Shown piece after piece: positions 57,317 to 64,000 of a stretch of DNA of 64,000 nucleotides. The translations under genes were made by a program, and so were the position numbers. The first letter of the stretch is position 1. Every line of letters starts with the position of its first letter. Origin of the DNA: an uncultured delta proteobacterium (GTDB lineage Bacteria > Myxococcota_A > Polyangia > Fen-1088); NCBI GenBank assembly GCA_963737265.1, contig CAVTRY010000023.1:96001-160000 (forward strand), in the 5' to 3' direction. The notes under the pieces were generated by a model. The model worked only from the letters and a program-made list of their open reading frames with translations. It did no database searches and was not told the DNA's origin.

Positions 57317-59296
57317 ATGAAACTCACGACCACCGTTGTATCGCTCGCGCTCGCGCTTCTTGTGACCTCGGGTTGTGTCGAGCGGAAGACGTTCTACAAC
57401 GACGCCTCGACCTCGGACGGGACGGGCGCGCTCGATTCGGCGGGCAAGCCAGGCGTGGATGGGGCTGGCGCGGTCGATACGGCAGCGCAGGCTGATGTCG
57501 CTGGCGGCGAGGTCGCGAACGCGCCTGACGCTCCCATTTCCGTTCCCGATGCCCCCGCGGGTGTCACGGATAGCGGCCCAACGCAGGCGGGAGGTGCAGC
57601 CGGCACGGGCGGCACGGGCGGTACGAATGGCGTCGATGCACCTGTCGGCACCGGTGGAGCTGGATCCGGCGGCGCTGGCGGAACGGGCGGAACCAAAGGC
57701 TCTGGCGGCGGTGGCGTGTCTAGCGGAGGCGCGCCTGGCAGCGGCGGGGTCGTTGGCTCTGGGGGCATCGCCGCCAGTGGCGGCGCCGTGGCTACAGGCG
57801 GTGTGGTTGGCACAGGCGGCATAACGGCCACGGGCGGCGCCACCACCTGCCAGGCAAAGGCGCGAGATTGCACATCGTCCCTGGATAACGACTGCAACGG
57901 CACGCCCGACAACCAAGATTCGACCTGCGTCTGTCCCTCCGGTACCTCCGGCGCGTGTCCCGGCAACAACATTCTGCCCTGCAAGTCTGGCACGCGCACG
58001 TGCATCTTGTCCGCCGACAAGACCAGCACGGCCTGGAGCACGACCTGCGTGGGGCAGGTGCTGCCCGCGGCCGCCGACACCTGTTCGCGTGGAAACGACG
58101 CCAATTGCAATGGCATGCCAAACGAGGGTTGTCAGTGTATCAACGAGGACTCGCCGCTGACGTGCCCATGCGGCACGCAGACGTGCATGAACGGCAAGCT
58201 CGGTGCGTGCGTCACGACCTGCTCGGCGACTCAGACGTGCAGCAGCGCCGGGCAGTGCGTGTGCAACGCGAGCTCATGTCCCAATGGGTGCTGTAGTGGC
58301 AATGAGTGCGTGGCGTACGCGTCCCAGTCGGCCGGCGCATGTGGCGCGGGCGGTTTGGTGTGCGCCGCGTGCGCGGGGAGCTGTGACATCACGAATGGCC
58401 GCTGCCTGGTCACGCTGGCCTCGGGGCAGGGCTTTCCCAACGCCATCGCCGTCGACTCGACGAGCGTCTACTGGACGACCAACATCCCGACGACGGTGAT
58501 GAAGGTACCGATCGGTGGCGGAAGCGTGACCACGCTGGCCTCGCCGACCTCGGCCGGCTTTATCGCCATCAACTCGACGAATGTTTACTGGACGAGCCAG
58601 GTCGGGTACGGAGGCTCGGTGATGAAGGTGCCGCTTGCTGGCGGCAGCACGACCACGCTGGCCGCCACCGGGGTGAATCCCAACGCCATCGCCGTCGACC
58701 CGACGAGCGTCTACTGGTGTGAGGTAAGCGGGAACGTCAACGGTGGCACGGTGATGAAGGTGCCGCTCGCTGGCGGCACGCCGACCACGCTCGCCTCGGC
58801 GCAGGCGGCGCCAGTCGGCATCGCGGTCGACTCGACGAACGTCTACTGGGTGAACGAAGGGAGCAGCCTCGCTGGCAGCACCGACGGGGCGGTGATGAAG
58901 ATCCCGCTCGGCGGTGGCACCCCCACCACGCTGGCCTCGGGGCAGTTTAGTCCCTCGGGCATCGCGGTCGACTCGACGAGTGTCTACTGGGTGAACGCTG
59001 GCGGCTACACGGGCAGCCCCGACGGCACGGTGATGAAGGTGCCCCTCAGCGGCGGCACTCCGACCCCGATAGCTTCGGGACAGATTGCTCCACGGTCCAT
59101 TGCGGTCGACTCGACGAGCGTTTACTGGACCGCTAGCACCGCGGTGATGAAGGCCCCGATCGGCGGCGGAACCCTGACCACGCTAGCCGCGGGACAGAAT
59201 GGTCCGACAGCCATCACCGTCGATTCGACGAGCGTCTATTGGACGAACGACGTCGGTAACGACACCGGCACGGTGATGAAGGTGACTCCGAAATGA
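57317..59296 (+). CDS. Surface lipoprotein: Gly-rich linker, Cys-rich repeats, C-terminal 7-repeat beta-propeller
   Basis: Lipobox TSGC; DNDCNG/DANCNG repeats; seven IAVDSTSVYW...VMKVP.GGG..TTLA repeats. Confidence 0.88.
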   Translation: MKLTTTVVSLALALLVTSGCVERKTFYNDASTSDGTGALDSAGKPGVDGAGAVDTAAQADVAGGEVANAPDAPISVPDAPAGVTDSGPTQAGGAAGTGGTGGTNGVDAPVGTGGAGSGGAGGTGGTKGSGGGGVSSGGAPGSGGVVGSGGIAASGGAVATGGVVGTGGITATGGATTCQAKARDCTSSLDNDCNGTPDNQDSTCVCPSGTSGACPGNNILPCKSGTRTCILSADKTSTAWSTTCVGQVLPAAADTCSRGNDANCNGMPNEGCQCINEDSPLTCPCGTQTCMNGKLGACVTTCSATQTCSSAGQCVCNASSCPNGCCSGNECVAYASQSAGACGAGGLVCAACAGSCDITNGRCLVTLASGQGFPNAIAVDSTSVYWTTNIPTTVMKVPIGGGSVTTLASPTSAGFIAINSTNVYWTSQVGYGGSVMKVPLAGGSTTTLAATGVNPNAIAVDPTSVYWCEVSGNVNGGTVMKVPLAGGTPTTLASAQAAPVGIAVDSTNVYWVNEGSSLAGSTDGAVMKIPLGGGTPTTLASGQFSPSGIAVDSTSVYWVNAGGYTGSPDGTVMKVPLSGGTPTPIASGQIAPRSIAVDSTSVYWTASTAVMKAPIGGGTLTTLAAGQNGPTAITVDSTSVYWTNDVGNDTGTVMKVTPK

Positions 59297-59471
59297 AACG
59301 CTCGTTGACAGCTGTTGGCCTTCGGATCCGCCGGGTGACCCGTTCGATCTGATGCGACAGGGAGGACGCCTCCGAAGGGATGGCGTCACCTCGCGTTCTT
59401 TGTCCCGGCGCCATCGGCGCCCCAGAGAGCGCATCGCCAAAGGCAGCCGATGGCCCGAACCGAACGGTGGT

Positions 59472-59640
59472 TCACTCGACGAAGTACACGTCGTCGACCC
59501 AGATCTCGGTCTTGAGGGGAGGGCCTGCGTCCGGGCCGATGTTCCTCTGGGCCTGCCAGTTGATGCCGTAGACCTGGGCGGGGATCCACTGCGCCTGTTG
59601 GTAGCCCCACGTCGTGTCGATGGCGATGCCGCCAGCGGGG
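59472..59640 (-). pseudogene. 3' fragment of a carbohydrate-binding-module-like gene
   Basis: TTWGY...AQVYGINWQ...EIWVDDVYFVE-stop with no start. Confidence 0.5.
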
Positions 59641-59674
59641 GAAACACCGCCACTGCCGGGCGATTGTGCCTACT

Positions 59675-59709
59675 CGTCCTCCCCGGCGCTCGTGGCGCCG
59701 GGGAGGACG
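59675..59709. terminator. 15-bp perfect stem-loop downstream of the GH12 gene
   Basis: CGTCCTCCCCGGCGC-TCGTG-GCGCCGGGGAGGACG; no long U-tract. Confidence 0.65.
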
Positions 59710-59722
59710 GCTTTGCGTTCAA

Positions 59723-61618
59723 TTATTGGATGCTGATGTTGTAATCCGTGGTGCTCCAGTTGCCGCCGTAGACTTCGAAACCGGCCTGAATGCCGAGCAG
59801 GTAGGAGTCAGTGGTCAGCCCCAGCCCCGCATATTTGCCGGCCGCGGCTGCGTCCTGGAAGTACTTCAGCAAGTCGAAATTGGTTACGCTGGTCGATGAT
59901 GCCGACGGCAAATAGCTGATGACCTTATCACCCGTTCCATTGGTGCCGCCTGACCACGCAGTCCGCGCCACATTGTCCGAGCCAGTGACAGAGGAACTGG
60001 TGCTACTGCCGAGAGGGCTCTTGCCGGCGTTGCCGATCCAGATCATCAGCTCAATCAGCGCACCATTACTCACGTTCGTAGGCTGTGCCGACGAGTTGCT
60101 GAACCAGACGTCATAGGCCGCGTCTCCAGAGGAGCCCATCGTGAACGACCAGCTGCTCTTCACCGACGTGAGTTGACTAATCTTCTTGCCGCCCTGGTAG
60201 GGTCCATAGAACTGGTCGCCGTCGTGGCCCGGCCCCCACCCGCTGACGATGGCGGGGAAGGATCCGGGGCCATTGTTCGGGGCCTGGAAACTTCCGCCGG
60301 GCGTGTACGTGAACCCAACGCCTCCGGCGGTGGCGCTGACCTGCATGGTCATCGGGTTCCCAGTCAGGGGGAATGGGGCGCTTTGCACGGCATAGCCGTT
60401 GATGCCGTTCACGGCTTGGGGTAGCAGGTTGCTCCAGGTCGGCCCGTATGCGCCGGTGGCTACGACGGGACTCGGAGCAGTAGCAGTCGTCAGCGGCACG
60501 ACGCTCTTGATGCAGAAGTCGTAGGTGTGCGAGACGCTGTCCGGCAGGAAGGAGATCTTCAGGTCGGTGAGGTTGGCTGGGTCCACTGGGATTCTTCCGG
60601 TTTTGTAGTTGGCAACCACTGCGTCGGAAAAGAGCGCGTTATAGGTGACCTCGGAGCTCCCCACGCCGGGGACCGTGATGCCCGGCGCATCCCCGCCTGG
60701 CGTCAGGTCCGTCGTCGTCGGATACTCGACGTTGAGAATCATGCCATTGCTGCCCTTGCCGCTAGGTCCGGGCACGAAGGTGACAGCGAAGCCGACGAGG
60801 CTGCTCGCGTTCCACGATTTAAACCCGGTGCTGCCGGGCGGTCCGGAGTTGACCTTGAGGCCGAGGCCCGCATAACCGCCAGCGGCGATCGTCCCGCTCA
60901 GGCACATTGCGCTTGTAGTCGCGTTCCACGGAATGACCCCGACGGGGTTGCAGGGGCTACTAGTATCGGAGCTGTAGCAATACCAGGCTCCCTGGATACC
61001 CCACGTGTTGTTGCAGATGTAACCCGACGAATCCACGTTGAGCACGCTCGTGTTGGTATTCACGCACCCGCCGGTGCCGGTCGAGCCGCCGGTGCCGGTC
61101 GAGCCGCCGGTGCCGGTCGAGCCGCCGTTGCCGGTCGAGCCGCCGTTGCCAGTCGAGCCGCCGTTACCGGTCGAGCCGCCGTTGCCGGTCGAGCCGCCGT
61201 TGTTTCCGGTCGAGCCACCGTTGTTTCCGGTCGAGCCGCCGTTGTTTCCGGTCGAGCCGCCGTTGCTCTGGCCGCCGCTGCCGGCGCCCTGACCGCCGTT
61301 GCTCTGACCGCCGTTGCTGGTGGTCTGGCCGCCTTTGGCGGACGAGCCGCCGGTGCCGGTGCTCTGGCCGCCATTGCTGGCACTGGTCTGGCCGCCGGTC
61401 TTCTGGCCGCCGGTGCTGCCGGTCTGGCCACCGGTGCTGCCGGTTTGGCCGCCGCTGGACGCGCCGCCGTTGCCGCTGCTGCTGGTGCCGCCCGACGAAC
61501 AGGCGACGAGAGCGAAGGCGAGGCCTCCCACGAGCAACGCTCGGGGGGTCAGCGGACGAGGGACTTGGTCAGACCGGGGATGGTCTAGTCGAGGGCTCGG
61601 GGACTTGGTCAAAAACAT
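59723..61618 (-). CDS. Lipoprotein with G/S/T/N linker, CBM-like domain and C-terminal glycoside hydrolase family 12 domain
   Basis: Lipobox LVAC; DAAYDVWF, ELMIW, FDL..YF, IQAGFE (both catalytic Glu present). Confidence 0.85.
   Translation of the reverse strand: MFLTKSPSPRLDHPRSDQVPRPLTPRALLVGGLAFALVACSSGGTSSSGNGGASSGGQTGSTGGQTGSTGGQKTGGQTSASNGGQSTGTGGSSAKGGQTTSNGGQSNGGQGAGSGGQSNGGSTGNNGGSTGNNGGSTGNNGGSTGNGGSTGNGGSTGNGGSTGNGGSTGTGGSTGTGGSTGTGGCVNTNTSVLNVDSSGYICNNTWGIQGAWYCYSSDTSSPCNPVGVIPWNATTSAMCLSGTIAAGGYAGLGLKVNSGPPGSTGFKSWNASSLVGFAVTFVPGPSGKGSNGMILNVEYPTTTDLTPGGDAPGITVPGVGSSEVTYNALFSDAVVANYKTGRIPVDPANLTDLKISFLPDSVSHTYDFCIKSVVPLTTATAPSPVVATGAYGPTWSNLLPQAVNGINGYAVQSAPFPLTGNPMTMQVSATAGGVGFTYTPGGSFQAPNNGPGSFPAIVSGWGPGHDGDQFYGPYQGGKKISQLTSVKSSWSFTMGSSGDAAYDVWFSNSSAQPTNVSNGALIELMIWIGNAGKSPLGSSTSSSVTGSDNVARTAWSGGTNGTGDKVISYLPSASSTSVTNFDLLKYFQDAAAAGKYAGLGLTTDSYLLGIQAGFEVYGGNWSTTDYNISIQ
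61068..61265 (-). repeat. 18/21-bp coding tandem repeats (GGSTGN/GGSTGT/GGSTGNN)
   Basis: CCGGTCGAGCCGCCG-based units repeated about 10 times. Confidence 0.9.
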
Positions 61619-61723
61619 GGGTGTACCTCCAGGGGGGACAAGTGGAAAGCGGGGCGTTTATACCGCAGGCAAGGGTTGATGGACCCAAAAAGATCGCAAG
61701 GTCGCAAGGTTGGATCGTGCAAC

Positions 61724-64000
61724 TCACTTAACCCGGTTGGGGCCGGTTTTGGGCATGTTTCGCCATTTGCCGAGCATCGCCAACGCAACGAGCGCGAAGA
61801 GGCCGGCGATCGAGAGCGCCAGGCCTGTGCGCAAACCGGGCGGGGAAAACGAAAGCACGATGTGGTGGGTGCCGGGTGTGATGGGGATCGCGCGCAGGGC
61901 GAGATTGGCGCGCAAAACGGGCGCCGGGCGGCCGTCCAGCGTGGCCGACCAACCCCGGTCGAATTGCTCGACGAAGACCGCGAGAGCGGGCGCGCGGGCG
62001 GTGCATTCCGCTTCGACGCGCGTGTTGGCGAACGTCACTAGGTGGCAGGCGCCCAGATCGTCGACCCGATTCCGATCGCCGGGCGCGGCGATTGCCACGG
62101 TGCTAGGGGGCGGCGGATCGGGCGCAAGGATGACTCGCTTGCCGGCGATGACGTCCGGGGCAAACACGGCTTGCAGTGCGAGCACGTCGGACAGGATCGC
62201 CGCGGGCTCGGCCAAGTAGACGCGCGGCAAGGCGCCGGCCACCCGATAAAGGCGCGCGCCCGGAACCGGATCGAGCATGGGCTGCAGGCCGGGGCGATCC
62301 CGGGTGGAGCTGGGAAGAACGACGTAGGCCACGCCGGCGAGACGAAGCAGCCCGAGCCCATCGCGATTTCCCCAAAGCCAGAGCGAAGACAGGTTCGACG
62401 GCGTGGCCGCGTCGTAGCCGGGAAGGCCGGCGATACCGAAGCTGCTGGCTTGATTGTCGACGAGCGTGCCAATCAGATTGCGCTGCACTTGAGCCACGGT
62501 GGTCGGGGGCGCGGCGGCCGCAATCGCGTCGTCCACGGTCTCGGCGCGATAGACGCGCGGGGGCGCCTGCTCGCCACGCGCGCGGGCATCGGCGCGGATA
62601 GCCGCCGCGGTCGCGGGCTCGGCGCCCAGCAGGTCGGCGGGTCCGAAATTCTGCAGGGCCAGCACGGGAAGGGCGAGATCGACGAACACCGTTCCCGCGA
62701 GCAGGTAGGGCGCCAGGCGGCTGCCCCGGCCGGCCAGCCAGATCGCGGTCGCCGCGGCCAGCGCGAAGATAAACGCCGTCTTGGTGCTGGCCAAGATCTG
62801 TTCCGCCAGCGGGTGCGGAAAGAACGATGCGCCCAGCGCCAGCGCAACCAGCGCAACGGTGACGGCAAATGCACGCGGCCACAAGCACGCTTTCCCTTTC
62901 CCTTCGAGCAGGCGCATGGTTCCCAGCCCGGCGAGCAGGGATGTGCACGCGAAGAAGACGGAGAGGTATTTCTCTGGCCCGCGCATGTACGCCAAGGGCG
63001 GAACCAGGGTGCGAATCGCGGCGTGCACGGGTGTGTGCCGACCGAATGAGGTGAGCAGAGCAACCGCCGCGGTAATGCCGAGGGTTGCAGCCAGCCTGCG
63101 CCCGCGGCCGAACGCCAGCAGCGCAAGCGCCGCGACGCTGGCGCCAAGGTAGCAGCCGTAGAGCAGACCGCGATCGCCGAGACCCGGTTCGCCGACCCAT
63201 GGCCCGCCGACGTAGTCGGTGTAGGGATCGCCCATCGCGCCGGGCGCGATCATCTCGGCCATGCGCCATGGGTGAAACGATCCGACTTCGGCGGCGGCGC
63301 GGGCGAGCGGCGTGGTGCGCGCGGTGGAATTTGCGGCTTGTCCCGCTGGCAAGAGAACGACAGCTCCAAGGGTGCCAGCGAGCAGGGCCGCGCAGCAGAT
63401 TCCAATCGCCAAGCGCTTGGCCCACGCGCGCGGGGTGCAGGCGTGCGGGGTGCAGGCGCCGGACGCTTCGGCCTGGGCGGTCTGGAAGGCATCGCCGACG
63501 GCCACGCTCAAGGCGAACGCCGAGGCCAAGAAGGGAAAGAACACCTCGCCGGTCAGGAAGCAGAGCCCAAGCGGAATCGCCGCCCAGGCCGCGGCGCCGA
63601 GCCACGCCCGCGCCGGCTCGCCGCGCCGGATGGCGCGCGAAAGTCCGAGGAAGCCCACCGCGCACCAGGGAAGGTAGGCGGCCGCCGGGAGGCGCAGGCC
63701 CGCGGTGACTTCCGACGTGGCGTAGCCGGACAGCGCCCACGCAAGTCCGGCGACGATGGCGGGAACGGCGGCGTCTTTGGTCAGCCGGCGCGCCAAGACC
63801 GCCATGCCGATGGCGCCAAGCAGGAGGTGGCCAAAGAGAAAAAACGACGTCAGCCAGGGCGAGTGCGCGACCAGCAAAAGCGCGTTCGCGGGGTAGGAGA
63901 TTTCGTTGAGCGGATTCGCGACGATGGACAGCCCGAGACCGATGCGCGGGTTCCACAACGGCGAGTCCCCGCGGACCCAGCTGTCATGAAGAAAGCCCCG
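61724..64000 (-). CDS. YfhO family membrane protein (GT-C-like), 5' partial
   Basis: Frame open to the window edge; PLWNP..G.G.S..ANP, YLG, GWSATLDG, RAIPITPGTHHIVLSFSP, terminal TM. Confidence 0.88.
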   Translation of the reverse strand, partial: RGFLHDSWVRGDSPLWNPRIGLGLSIVANPLNEISYPANALLLVAHSPWLTSFFLFGHLLLGAIGMAVLARRLTKDAAVPAIVAGLAWALSGYATSEVTAGLRLPAAAYLPWCAVGFLGLSRAIRRGEPARAWLGAAAWAAIPLGLCFLTGEVFFPFLASAFALSVAVGDAFQTAQAEASGACTPHACTPRAWAKRLAIGICCAALLAGTLGAVVLLPAGQAANSTARTTPLARAAAEVGSFHPWRMAEMIAPGAMGDPYTDYVGGPWVGEPGLGDRGLLYGCYLGASVAALALLAFGRGRRLAATLGITAAVALLTSFGRHTPVHAAIRTLVPPLAYMRGPEKYLSVFFACTSLLAGLGTMRLLEGKGKACLWPRAFAVTVALVALALGASFFPHPLAEQILASTKTAFIFALAAATAIWLAGRGSRLAPYLLAGTVFVDLALPVLALQNFGPADLLGAEPATAAAIRADARARGEQAPPRVYRAETVDDAIAAAAPPTTVAQVQRNLIGTLVDNQASSFGIAGLPGYDAATPSNLSSLWLWGNRDGLGLLRLAGVAYVVLPSSTRDRPGLQPMLDPVPGARLYRVAGALPRVYLAEPAAILSDVLALQAVFAPDVIAGKRVILAPDPPPPSTVAIAAPGDRNRVDDLGACHLVTFANTRVEAECTARAPALAVFVEQFDRGWSATLDGRPAPVLRANLALRAIPITPGTHHIVLSFSPPGLRTGLALSIAGLFALVALAMLGKWRNMPKTGPNRVK

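Noticed and set aside
43900-59300. Integron cassette array
   Set aside because: Genes are on mixed strands, there is no recurring RYYYAAC...GTTRRRY structure, and no intI

Overview
GC-rich bacterial DNA whose gene content (Ser/Thr kinases with PEGA/RDD domains, Cys/Gly-rich lipoproteins, TPR-PEGA proteins, a sigma-54 activator) suggests Myxococcota, probably Polyangia-like (inference). Housekeeping blocks: tolQR-tolA/tonB-tolB-ppx-DHH, tRNA-Leu(CAA), rluD-pgeF, an M16 peptidase, an APC permease, a methyltransferase/glycosyltransferase cluster around a PilR-like activator, a cyclophilin, kinase-larB-larC-histidine kinase, pfkA and argS. These alternate with variable patches of toxin-antitoxin genes, Uma2/GxxExxY/AAA-DUF4143 genes, surface lipoproteins (Big_2 adhesin, beta-propeller, GH12) and many short gene remnants. 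I saw no integrase, transposase, rRNA or CRISPR array. Best leads: (1) a compact structured-RNA candidate just 3' of the tRNA; (2) a GxxExxY gene bracketed by a 22/25-bp inverted repeat; (3) a HExxH toxin-like gene coupled to a PepSY-like partner; (4) a ChbG/YdjC homologue lacking most of its metal/catalytic residues; (5) a phased array of 12 GTCAT motifs; (6) many gene-end fragments at cassette junctions. All family calls are by eye from motifs; no searches were run.
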